Shown here: one piece after another, positions 11,983-23,290 of the stretch
Position numbering within the stretch: position 1 is the stretch's first letter
Layout of the letters: each line of letters opens with the position of its first letter
Source of the DNA: Lama glama
Lineage: Eukaryota
Length of the DNA stretch: 64,000 bases
NCBI GenBank assembly: GCA_028534125.1
Contig: CM052816.1
Span: 7,132,001-7,196,000, forward strand
Direction: 5' to 3'
Program-made: the position numbers and the translations under genes
Notes under the pieces: model-generated
The model's input: only the letters and a program-made list of their open reading frames with translations
What the model was told of the DNA's origin: nothing
Databases searched by the model: none

Positions 11983-12525
11983 CTGGGGTTCAGAGAGTTT
12001 CCAGGTTGGTGGTGCACCTCAATTCCATGGGGACAGAAACTCTTGAACCTGGAACCCTTCTGGAACTCTCCAGACATCACCCTATGGATCTCTTCGTCTG
12101 GCTGTTCCAGGGTATCTTTTATCATTTCCTTTAATAACCTAGTAAACATAAGTAAGTGTTTCTCTGAGTTCTGTGAGCTGTTCTGGCAAATAATCAAATC
12201 CAAAGAGGAGGAGGTCATGGGACTCTCCAATTTATAGCCGAGAGAGACAGAATTTGTAGGTGACCTGGGGACCTACTACTTGCAACTGGCATCTGAGTAG
12301 GGGGTCTCGTGGGATTGAGCCCTTGACCTGTGGGATCTGACGCTATTGCCACGTAGGTAATGTCAGAACTGAGTTAAATTGTAGGACATGCAGTTGGTGT
12401 CACAGAATTGCTTGGTGTGGGAAAAATACACACACACACACATTTGGTGACCAGAAATGTCCAAAGTGTTTTGTATGAAAGCAGAGGAGAAAGACACAGG
12501 AAGAGAACTGTAGATTTCTCAATAC
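11983..12525 (+). mobile_element. MER21-like ERVL-class LTR fragment abutting the L1
   Basis: gtaaacataagtaagtgtttctctgagttctgtgagc...cttgcaactggcatctga...cctgtgggatctgacgct...gtcagaactgagttaaattgtaggaca. Confidence 0.7.
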
Positions 12526-15500
12526 AACCATATACAGTAAAACATTAAGATTTGTCAAAGCTAGCAGGTAGATGCAAGGATATTAACTTTCTTATCCTCT
12601 GTCCTTTATTTGTAGGCTTAAATAGTTCATAAATTGAAAGAAAAAAGAGTGGATATATAAACATGGAAAATACTGCCAACAGTTCAAAAGGACATATAAT
12701 GAAAAATAAACATCCTGTTCCTTTCAGATCCATGGTCCTCCTCCTCAGAGATCCTGCTTATTAATAATTTCACATGCATCATTCAGGAACAGCCTGCAAA
12801 TGCAAGCTGTAAGATCCAAAAGAGCAGCGCCATTCAGAAGAAACTTTAAGCATCCTTACCACGTGGATGTCTGATCCCACTCACCCATGTGGGAGGCAGG
12901 CCTGCAGGTTGGGGCCTTCCATTTGGACAGTCTACCTTGTGATTCCTTATTTTGGATGTTCACTAGAAACCACTCTTGGTTTTCTCTGTCAGTTGACCTG
13001 GACCCATCTGATGTGTCCTTTCCAATTGGTAACCATGTGGGCCTCTCTTGTTAAATTAAAGTCAGCTTCTCTGGAGAATGACTGCTTATCTCTATGAAGT
13101 GTCCTCTCTAGGAAACCTAGAATGAAATTTTCGTATGCCAAACAACCTATATGTTAAGCTTAAATATATTTGCAAAATTTGGTGAGAATCAGTCCAGCCA
13201 TTTTCTTATGCTGGAATGCACAAACAGATAAGAAATCACAAACTTTGTTTTATTATATGGATAAATCCCTGACTGCCCACCTGCCCTCACCTTCAGGGAA
13301 AACAAAAGAAAGAAAACTTCAAAATGGGAGCGTACTTAGCACAATGTTCTGTCCTTTACCTTTTTTTCCATGTTTACCACCGTATCTTGAGATGGGTCCA
13401 TGGTTCATAGCAGTTCACACAGTTTGGCCCTTTTGTTTTTAGTATAAATACTGGTTCAGTTTCCGTTGTGAATATACTGGGGGCTAAAATTAGTAATAAT
13501 CTTATTCTTTCTAAAATGAAGTCTTAATTTGTGCTAAGTAAAGTCCTGTGTCCCAGGAAACCCTCAGTTCTAGGTGAACTGGGATGTTTGCTCACCATAT
13601 TTAAGTACCATAAAAATAGCAGACACATTTGAGTAGGTACATGACAACACCGGGAGTAATAATCTTCATTTTCACCTAAAATTATATTAAGCAAATATTT
13701 TCCATATAAAAGAAGGATTTTCCCTCAGGCTTTTGTTATTATTGTTGGGAACTGCCTCATGCTTTTAGGTGGCTGCATAATATTCCATTGTATGACTTCA
13801 CCATATTTATTAAACCCATTCCCTACCAATGGTCATTTCATTTCTTTCCAAATGAATATTTTGGTGTTTTGGTGGAATAAACAAGTCTGCCATAAATGTC
13901 CTTATTTATCTGTTCTATCAACTGGTAAATTCTTCACAATAATTTGTTTTGAAAATAAGGTTTTCCTGCTAAAAGCAAAACTCGAAAAGCCAGAGGATTA
14001 AAGACTCTTTCAACTTGTGCTTGCTTTCTGTGGGTCTCTTTTTCTTCAGGTGACTGGGCTGAGGATGAGTTTAAAATGGGTTGGCAGCCAAGGCCCTGGG
14101 AAGGAAGCCCAGGCAAAGGGGAGGCTTCCTGGGGCGCAAGAGAGAGAAAAACAGCTCAGGGCTGCGGTTCCCAGCTTGGAGGGGGTGTTAATCAAGGCGG
14201 GTGGGAGAGGAGTTGGCCAGACTTTGAGGGGTCCAGTGTTGGCTGGGAGCAGGGCTGAGAGACTGGAGCCATTCAGCTGTGTTCTAAAAAGAGCAGGGAG
14301 AGGAAGGAAAAACAAGCCCAGACACACACTGGGTGGCTGCCGGCTGGCCAGGGCTCTTGGTACAACAAGCCCAGGGCCAGGCTCTGGGGCCCAGCCAGCT
14401 CTTCCCCGGGAACCCACCCCAGACTGGGCAGCTTTAGGTCAGTTCTGCAGTTGCTTCTTGGGGATCTTAGGAATGGATTTTTACAGAGTATGGGGTAAGT
14501 CAGTACTTTTCCAGAAAGATGGGTGCCCTGGGCCAGAAAGGTGGTTTTCTAGTCACGTTGCATATGTGATACACGTTATTAATGCATCCTTTATCCGTCA
14601 AAGGGCTGCAGCATCACTCACCAAGCTGCTCTAGGCAGAATGGTGTTAGTGAAACACAAGACCCAAAAGTCAAGAAAGTTTGGGAAATGCCAGGTCAGTC
14701 AAAATCAAGCAGAATTCTCTAGTGTGGGAATTCTCAGAGCCCTCAATATGCTAAAACTGTACTTCATGAATCTTCAAAAAGGAGATAAAGTGCGCATTGT
14801 TTCCCAAACTTTGAGTCCTCAGAATACAACCCTACCCCCAACCACGGAATACATAATAACATCTTTGCTAAGTGTTGATTACTAATTTTAATCCATAGGA
14901 TAAGGCAGAAGCCAACAGGTTTACCCTTAAACGTCCAAGAATCAAGGAGAGAGAGCTATGGAGGCTGGCCAGTGTGAGACCTTGGACGCTGCTATGTCTG
15001 ACACAAAAGCACAGTGGGCAGCTCTCACAATATAATATAAGTGACTTTCATGAGTATGAGGGACTCTCCTGGAACTCCGAGTTGGGAGGAGCCCCATGCC
15101 GGTCACAACAGTTGAGTGAATACGGCAAAAGAGCTTGGGCCTGCATCTCTGCACCTCACTTCCCTTGGTCCCAAAGAGTCAGCATCATACTTAACCACAG
15201 TGCTTTCTGAGGGCCTCTGGGTGTCAGGCTTGGTGAACATGGTACCATGGGAGAGATGTCCCCTGGCTGGCTTCCAAGGAACTCTGAAAAGATCCCTTCA
15301 TCCAATTAGTATCCTCATGTTGTGGCTCTGTGTCTATGACTCCATCTTTGCTGCTGATGCATCCTTTTAGGTTAAAACACAAAGCCATCTTTGCATGGGG
15401 AGAACTGTTGGCAGCCTCTCTGTCTTGGGATCTATGTAGAAAGAGCCAGGCTTGGTGCTGGTGGAGGATGGAATGTCCGGTACTAGGCAGAGGCTGTATT

Positions 15501-15805
15501 TGCAAATCTTTTCCATCCTTGAGTCATTGGGTAAGGATGGTACCTTGTACTGAGGGTCCCTACCCATAGAAAGAACTGGAAAATGAAATGCTAAGGCATC
15601 AGAGAAGCTTGAGTCTTGGTTTACCCTGCCGCTAATTTGCCGATTGATATAAGAAAGTCCCTTCCCTTCTCTGAGCCTCACATTCTCCCTCTGTAAAATG
15701 AGGTGGTCAAACTATTTCAGTTATTTTCTAACTTTTGACCAAAGGAAGGCTTTGGTCAAACAAAGTCTTAAACTTTATCCCCCAGACAACAGATAAAAGT
15801 ATTTT

Positions 15806-15903
15806 GTTTGGTTTGGTTTTTTTAAAGGAGGTACTAGGGATTGAACCCAGGACCTTGTGCATGCTAAGCACATATTCTACCACTGAGCTATAACCTCCCC
15901 TGC
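15806..15903 (-). mobile_element. tRNA-derived SINE (camelid Vic-1-like)
   Basis: ggaggtactagggattgaacccaggaccttgtgcatgctaagcacatattctaccactgagctataacctcccc, with T-rich tail on the left. Confidence 0.85.
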
Positions 15904-16171
15904 CCAAAGTGGTTTTTAACTCAAAACGTTTTTAAGGTAATATTACATCATTACAACATTGGAAGTTTTTATTATAAAAGTCAGGAGAGAGGTGCTTTTA
16001 GAAGGGAAGAGTTGTGACTGAATTAAGGCACATCGAGGTCTTCAGTGTGGCTGCAAAATTCTGGTTCTTGACCTCAGTAATAGTTAAAACTGGTGTTTTC
16101 CTTAGAATCATTTAAACTATATGAATATTACATTACTAATGCATTATAAAGTCAATCAATGAGAACACAAA

Positions 16172-16656
16172 TGTGTCAGGCTTAGCTGCAAAAGTCAGAA
16201 ACTCTAAAATAAAAGCGACAAATAAGATAGAGGTTTATGTCGCTTTCATGTAAATGAAGTCTGGAGGTAAACAGTCCAGTCACTCAATGCAAGTAAGAAC
16301 TCAGTGATAATCAGAGACCCAAGGTTCCATCTCTCTTTTTGTCCACCATCTTTGACATGAGACCTCCATTCCAAAGGCCAAGGTGGCCTCCATCATGTCC
16401 ACATGAGAGCCAGCAAGAGGAGGGATGAGAAGAACATACCCCCACATTTTAAGGAAACCTCCAGAAGAAGCACTCACAACATTTTCTCACATCCTACTGA
16501 CCAAAACTTCCTTACATGTCCCTACCTAGCTGCAAGGGAGGCTGGGAAATGTAGTCTTTAATCTGGGTGGCCACGGACCCACCCCAACTGTTGTTTCCAC
16601 AACAAAAGGAAGAGGGAAGGGTACATTTAGGGGACAACCAGCACAATCTACCACAA
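16172..16656. mobile_element. MaLR LTR (MLT1-type), old
   Basis: tgtgtcaggcttagctgcaaaagtcagaaactc...cctagctgcaagggaggctgggaaatgtagtcttta. Confidence 0.65.
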
Positions 16657-16777
16657 CATACTAATGGATTTTCATTTTGAATGTGTTGAAATTTAATGGG
16701 TGGCCGATGTTGGTGTCTTTGCTGTTTTTCACAGTTTTAAATATAGCTTGAGGTATACAAAAAGATGAATATTAATA

Positions 16778-17105
16778 GTATGAACTTATTTATAAAACAG
16801 AAACAGACTCATAGACATAGAAAACAAACTTATGGTTACCAGAGGGGAAGGGGATGGGAAGGGATAAATTGGGAGTTTGAGATTTGCAGATACTGACTAA
16901 TGCATATAAAATAGATAAACAAGCTTATACTGTATAGCACAAGGAACTATATTCAATGTCTTGTAGTAGCTCACAGTGAAAAAGAATATGAAAATGAATA
17001 TATGCATATTCATGTATGACTGAAGCACTGTGCTGCACACCAGAAATTGACACAACATTGGAAACTGACTACACTTCAACTGAAAAAAAAAGTAAAGAAA
17101 AAAAA
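16778..17105 (+). mobile_element. Young L1 3' UTR (5'-truncated) with A tail
   Basis: atgaacttatttataaaacagaaacagactcatagacatagaaaacaaacttatggttacc...ctgactacacttcaa + poly-A; similar to copies at ~21630 and ~30300. Confidence 0.9.
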
Positions 17106-19274
17106 GTTTGTAGAACTGCAGAAGCATTCACAGAATGTGGCTTAAAAACCCCTGGATCAGAAACTCCCTAAGAGGTTTTCCAGCGCTGACATTCTAGAAT
17201 TCTATGAAAGCCCCGCCCCATTCCATGACCTTGCAGGGCTTTCTCTCAATCCCTTGCAGGGATTGGCAGGGGACTTCTTGTCACCTTCAGGACTGAGAAC
17301 TGTACTCATTGTTTCTTCTAAGTCGACACAGCCTCGGCCAAATATCTTGAAAAGCTCTCTGTCATTTAGCAGCCTTCCCCCTGGGACTGGGAGCTCCCCA
17401 GAGGAGGGGTAGTTTAGTGAGGAAGTGAAAACTCAGTGTTTCAACGTCAGGGCAGCTTCTTAGCAGGGAGTGGCTCAGACTATCCCTATAGAGTTTCAGA
17501 GATCGTTAGAATAGAGGGGCCTATCTTTGGTTCAACTCTTTCAGTTTTTCAGAGGTTAAGGAACTGATCCAGAGAGGCTGAGAGATTTATTGGAAGTCAC
17601 CAGCAACTCACAGCAGGGCTGGGCCACGTACTGACCTGTCCTGTTGCTCTACACCCCCATGAACTCTAACAGCTTGAACTGAACGTACACTTTCTATGTG
17701 CCAGGCTCTGAGCTTAGCCCGTCACATGCGTGAATGATCTCATTTAATCCTCACAACGACTCTAAGAGGTAGGTAAACTAAAAATTTTTTTTCTTGTCAT
17801 TTTACAGATGAGGATACAGCAACCTAGATTTGCCCAAAGCTGCATCGTTGCTTGGTGTGGATCAGAATTTGAGCCCAGGCAGTGCAACTGCAGAGCCTGC
17901 ATTTCAACCTCTATGCTCAGGGCTGCTGCCTCCTGCTGCTGCTCTTTGTGTGAGGAGGACAGAGTTAAGTAGGAACCAGGACCACTTGGATGTCACATCC
18001 CTTCAGATCACCCTCTGCCCCAATTTTATGCTCCTTCGTCAACATCCTGATGTCTAATTCAGCAGCTTGCCACAGGGAATTATATGCCCCAAGGTGAGGA
18101 TTCAAAACTTTCCACCAGTGCAGAAGCCCATCCCCGGAGGCAGTGGATGTGCTGGTATTTACCACGAGCATCTGTCTCACTGTGTCTCTGAGGCGGTCCT
18201 CTGATACCACAAAATGATCCAACGGGGCTTCAAAACCCGCAAAGGTTCTGACCCGAGATGCAGGGACCATGATCTCCCCAAAGGTGGTGCCATCTGTGGG
18301 CCTTGCCCCAGCAGCCCGCAGCAGGCCTCCTGCTCAGGCCACTGTCTGTGCTGTACACACGGTGGCATCATTGGAGTGGCAGGGGTTTCCCTCCTGCTGT
18401 CACTCACTTCTCCCCCCGGGGAAAGGAGCTGAGGAAACGCCCAGCCTAATGGACATCGGGATGAGCAGCCCTGTGGTCACCGGAGCTGTGCTTGGTTGAG
18501 CTCACCCCCAGCTCTTGAGGTTCCTCCTTGTCCTCTAGCACCAGAGGCTTTTAATCCACTCCAGAGGCGGAGGAGGGATGGGATGAGGTCAATGGGCCTG
18601 TGAGACTTGGTATCTTAGAGAAGATTCTAGAAAGACCCAGGGGCTGAGCTATTGTTTTTGTCTTGATTCTGACCACATTTCTGGGAGCAATGATGGTGGG
18701 GGCTGGGCCTGCGGGGCAGCCTGCTGGGAGGGTAGCAGGGTAGCAGCAGTGAAAGGGGATCAGCATAGCTGACCTGCCTCTGTGAGAGCGTAACCCCGGA
18801 AAATCCCACAGCTTCGTGCAGCTGGTCTGGGCAGAGCCACAGTCGAAGGAAAAAAGTCCCCACCATCACCAGTCATTTAAAAGCTCTATCATCTTTACTT
18901 TTATAGACCTAAGAGCATTAAAAGGGACCTAATTAATGAATCTAATTAATTAATCCATTCCTGTCCCCATCAAATTCATCTCTTGACTCCTACTGCCCAA
19001 CTGCTCAGAAACTCTATAAAACCTACATTCAGGACCTGTGGATTTTTGTGTTTTCCTTCCTTCCTATTAATTAAAAAAAACTTTTAAAATAACTTTTTAT
19101 TTTGAAATAATTAAAGTTTCACAAGAAGCTGAAAAGGTAGCAGCATTAGTACTCAGAGATCCCAAGTACCCTCTACCAGGTTCCCCCAAGGGTTACCTCT
19201 TATATAATTCTTTTCTTTTACTTTTGTGTGTGGGGCGGTGGGGCGGCGGTGGGGGAGATAGGGAAAATTTTTTT

Positions 19275-19465
19275 TTTAATTTCTTAAAATCTTTTATTGA
19301 AGTAGTCAGTTTACAGTGGTGTCAATTTCTGGTGCACAGCATGTTTCAGTCATACTTGTACATACATATATTTGCTTTCATATTCTTTTTCATTATAGGT
19401 TGCTACAAGATACTGAATATAGTTCTGTGTGCTATACAGAAGAAATTTGCTGTTTATCTACTTTT
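19275..19465 (-). mobile_element. Young L1 3' end, antisense
   Basis: ttttattgaagtagtcagtttacagtggtgtcaatttctggtgcacagc...tacaagatactgaatatagttctgtgtgctatacag. Confidence 0.85.
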
Positions 19466-19474
19466 TAAAAAAGC

Positions 19475-19599
19475 TTTTGGGGGAGAGGTAATTAGGTGTA
19501 TTTATTATTATTATTATTTTAAATGGAGTTACCGGGAATTGAACTCAGGGCCTCATGCATGCTAAGCACTGCACTCTACCATAGAGCTATACCCTCCCC
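19475..19599 (-). mobile_element. tRNA-derived SINE (camelid Vic-1-like)
   Basis: gggggagaggtaattagg...gggaattgaactcagggcctcatgcatgctaagcactgcactctaccatagagctataccctcccc. Confidence 0.85.
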
Positions 19600-21271
19600 T
19601 CTTTCCTATTATACTTTAATAGCTCATCTAATCCTTGCAACAACTCTTTGAGATGACTATTCCTATCACCATTTTACAGAGGAAAAAACTGAGTCCCAGA
19701 GAAATGAAATGCTTTGCTCAAGATCCCCAGCAGTGGGGTGCAGAATCAGGACTTCGACTCAGATTTTCTGACTCCATATGTGTGTGCGCTCACATGAATT
19801 CTTATTCTCCATCTTCTCCCTGACCCTCTCCTCCAGGAAAGAGGAAAAGTCCAGAAGAGAGAGGCCCAGCCCCCGAAAGAATGCAGTTCTTCACACGCCT
19901 CAGAAGCGCAAGGGCCAACTGCTGTCTGCTGAAATCTGGAGGAGCCTCCCCTACATAGCTTGGCTGTAGAGTCATCACTTGCGCCTGTGACCCAGACAGC
20001 AGCCCCAGACACCGTTTCGGCTCCTTGCCAAAGCTAGAACACATTTTCTGCTCACCCTAAGGCTGCTCTTTGCCCCCTTCTGTGACTTTCTTCCTCTTTC
20101 CTCGCTCCTGCTTTGCTGTTTCTCTGAAGTCATAGGGCGATTCTCCTCTGCTATGTAATGAATGTCATCTTTCCCTTAAAGCTATGCCTGGGGCTAACCT
20201 TGTCTCAGAGACAGGAGAAAGGGCTAAACACCTTCTGAGCGAACACAGAATCTCCTCAGCCAGAAATCTGATTTCTTCTCCTGAAACTGACAGAACACCC
20301 AAACCAAGCCAGCATATGCCCCAAAGGCACTCAATTGGCTCCTGTAAACAAAAAGGCCAGGAGTAGGGCTGTATATCACACAGAGATTGCACGCTGCTGT
20401 CTGTCATAGAAGCTTGATTCCAAAAATGTTTACCTCACTCTGCAAAGCCACCCAGTTCCTCTGTCAGTCTTCCCTGGTGCCCACCCTGCCCCTCTCCCCC
20501 GTGCTGCCTCACACCTAGTTTTGTGCCTGCAATCGGAGAGGAAAGGAACAAACAGCAAAGGCTGCCTCCTTTCACAAGCATCCCCAGAATCTTCCAGGCA
20601 CCGACTTCTGCCTACGAGTCATCAACCAGCGCCATGTCACATGGCCTCCCTGCGCTGCATGGAAGTCTAGGAAGCTCGGTATGTTGGGGCTGGATGTGGA
20701 CAGAGAGCTCTCTGAGCAGAACTGAGGGTCTGTGGATTAAGCAGAAGAGCAGACAAATAGCAGGTCTGCTCCAGGCTTGTGGAGGGGCTCTGACCAATGT
20801 CCCAGGACTGAGCTCTGTCTCTGTCTCTTTGTCTCTCATGTTGGCTTCATGCTCTCGCAGGCCTCCTCATGTGATCTCAGGAAGGCTGCTGCTGCTCCAG
20901 GTCTCACATCCACTCCTGGTCCAGCCCAGGAGGAAAAGGCCAGAGCCTTTGCTGCAGGCCTGCATTCCACCTCATGCTCTCCCTGGAGGGTCACTGTGGC
21001 CATGGAGCATGGGGTGGCTCGTCTAGTCAGAGCTTCTTTCTCTAAGCTGGGCTGGGAGTATCTTCTAAGCAGGAGAGGGTATTGCCTAAGAGGGAAATCA
21101 AGGCATGGTTCCTGAAGAAGGGGAATGTGTGCTGGTGGCCCCAAACAAACCCAACAAATCATAAACAAGTATCTACTGCTGAATCTTAGGCATCATCATG
21201 TTCAGAGAGTCTTAAATCACTGAAAGTGTGTCAGAGATTCCCCAAATATTTGATTAAAATTACATGTTTTA

Positions 21272-21960
21272 CTGAAAATAGATTTGTCCTATGATCCAGC
21301 AAGCCCATTCCTGGGGATATATCTGGAAGAAACTCTAATTTGGAAAGATACATGCACCCCAATGTTCACAGCAGCACTATTACAATAGCCTACAATAGCC
21401 AGACATGGAAGCAACTGTAATGTCCATCAGCAGATGACTGGATAAAGAAGTCGTGGTATATTTATACAATGGAATACTACTCAGGCATAAAAATAATAAA
21501 ATAATGCTATTTGCAGCAACATGGATGGACCTGGAGCTCATCATTCTAAGTGAAGTTAGCCAGAAAGAGAAAGAATACCATATGATATCATTTATATGTG
21601 GAATCTAAAAAAAAAAATCACACAAATGAACTTATTTACAAAACAGAGACAAACTCACAGACATAGAAAACAAACATGGTTACTGGGGGAAAAGGGGGTA
21701 GGAAGGGATAAAATGGGAGTTTGAGACTTGTAGATACTAGCTGCTATATGTGAAATAGATAAATAACAGATCCTATTGTATAACACAGGGAACTATATTC
21801 AATACCTTGTAATGGCCTATAATGAAAAAGAATATGAAAAGGAATATATATATGTATAAATGAATCACTGTGCTGTATACCAGAAATTAACACATTGTAA
21901 ACTGACTATATTTCAATTTTAAAAAATGAATTTTAAAATAATAAAGTTAATAAAACTTTA
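21272..21960 (+). mobile_element. Young 5'-truncated L1 with 16-bp TSD
   Basis: ORF2 end and 3' UTR; TSD aaaattacatgtttta (21256-21271) / aaaattacacgtttta (21961-21976); TT|AAAA endonuclease site. Confidence 0.93.
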
Positions 21961-21979
21961 AAAATTACACGTTTTAGAT

Positions 21980-22335
21980 CAGTGATTCTCAAAATGTGGT
22001 CTGGGATCCCCAGGGATCCTTTTAAGGGTTCACAAGGTCCAAAATATATTCATTAAATACACTAAGATGTTATTTGCCTTTTTGACTCTCTTTCTCTCCC
22101 AAGTGTCCAGTGAACTTTTCCAGAAGTTACATGACATATAATATTATAACATTGTCATTGCTCTGATAACTAATGGGATTTTTGCTTGTATGTTCCTGTG
22201 TTTTGAAAGATCTTAGTGTTAATTTCTAACACAGAGAATATTAATAGATATTATTAACTAAATAAAAGGTCTTTGAAGTCACAGTAATTTTTAAGACAAT
22301 AAAGGGGTCCTGAGACCAAAAGTTTGAGAACCATC
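21980..22335. mobile_element. hAT-Charlie-type non-autonomous DNA transposon
   Basis: cagtgattctcaaaatgtggtc...ggggtcctgagaccaaaagtttgagaacc; related to 5206-5513 in opposite orientation. Confidence 0.65.
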
Positions 22336-22524
22336 ATGAAGGGTGGCAGAATATTCCACTCAGGCCATGTTGGCATATTTTGGAATGGCATATTCTGATA
22401 CCTTCCAGCTGTGTTAGATTTTAGGTTCACTTGAAAATCTTACATGAGGAATAATAGGCACACTCATAAGTGTTACATAACAAAATTTTAACCCATTCAA
22501 GGCCATCATCAGTGCAGTTTTTTA

Positions 22525-22950
22525 TATTAGTCAGATTCTATTGTAAGTATCAGAAAGCCAAAAGTAGCAATGTCTTAAACACCACAGAAATTTGTTTTGG
22601 TCTCATATCAACAAAATTTGGAGACAAGTTATCAAGGGCTGGGATTGTGGCTTCATTATCCTCAGAGACCTGGATTCACTCTATTTTGCTGCTCTGCCAC
22701 AGTCAACATGGGGTTTAAACTTCGTGTTCTAAAATGGCTGCTTGAGCTCGACCACTCCGAACTGCATTCTGTCATATGGCACCACAATGTATATTCTTTT
22801 GGCCAGAACGTAGTTATATGGCCATACTTATGTGCCAAGGAATATGGGAAATTCAGTCTTAAAAATTTTCTTTGTCACACAACTGGTTAAAAATCAGTTT
22901 CTATTTCTGAGAAAGAAAAGTATATAAGATGTCAGCGGTTAACTATCAGG
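22525..22950. mobile_element. MaLR LTR (MLT1-type), old
   Basis: tattagtcagattctattgtaagtatcagaaa...ttggccagaacgtagttatatggccatacttatgtgccaaggaatatgggaaa. Confidence 0.55.
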
Positions 22951-22959
22951 CTAAAGTTT

Positions 22960-23290
22960 TTTGTACAGATCTTAGAATAAATCTCCTTCATTCTTTGTTT
23001 AATTACAAAATAACTGTTTCAAAGTCAGCGGTTTAAAAACTGTGCCCATTTTCAACTACATATCTGTAAGTTGGTATTCTCTCAATATTGTGGCATAAAA
23101 ATACTGTTCAATGAATTGGCTGCTCAGGTTGATTCAAGACTATAATCGTCATCCAAACCTGTCTCAGATTCAAGTTTTTGTGATATTAAGTGCCTATTCT
23201 CTGACTTGTTTTAACATGTACATAAAACAATGTTTAAAATCAGAAAATAAATTTGTGTTGATAAAACACTACTTTTATTTATTAATAGAA
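22960..23290 (+). pseudogene. Fossil hAT/Charlie transposase C-terminal (dimerisation) coding remnant
   Basis: 23040-23160 reads LCPFSTTYL*VG / FSQYCGIKILFNELAAQVDSRL*SS across a frameshift, resembling the Charlie motif LPFxTTYLCExGFSxY...RNRLxAExDxRxQLSS. Confidence 0.6.

Noticed and set aside
14017..14634. 205-aa plus-strand ORF
   Set aside because: GTG start, no motif or exon structure evident.
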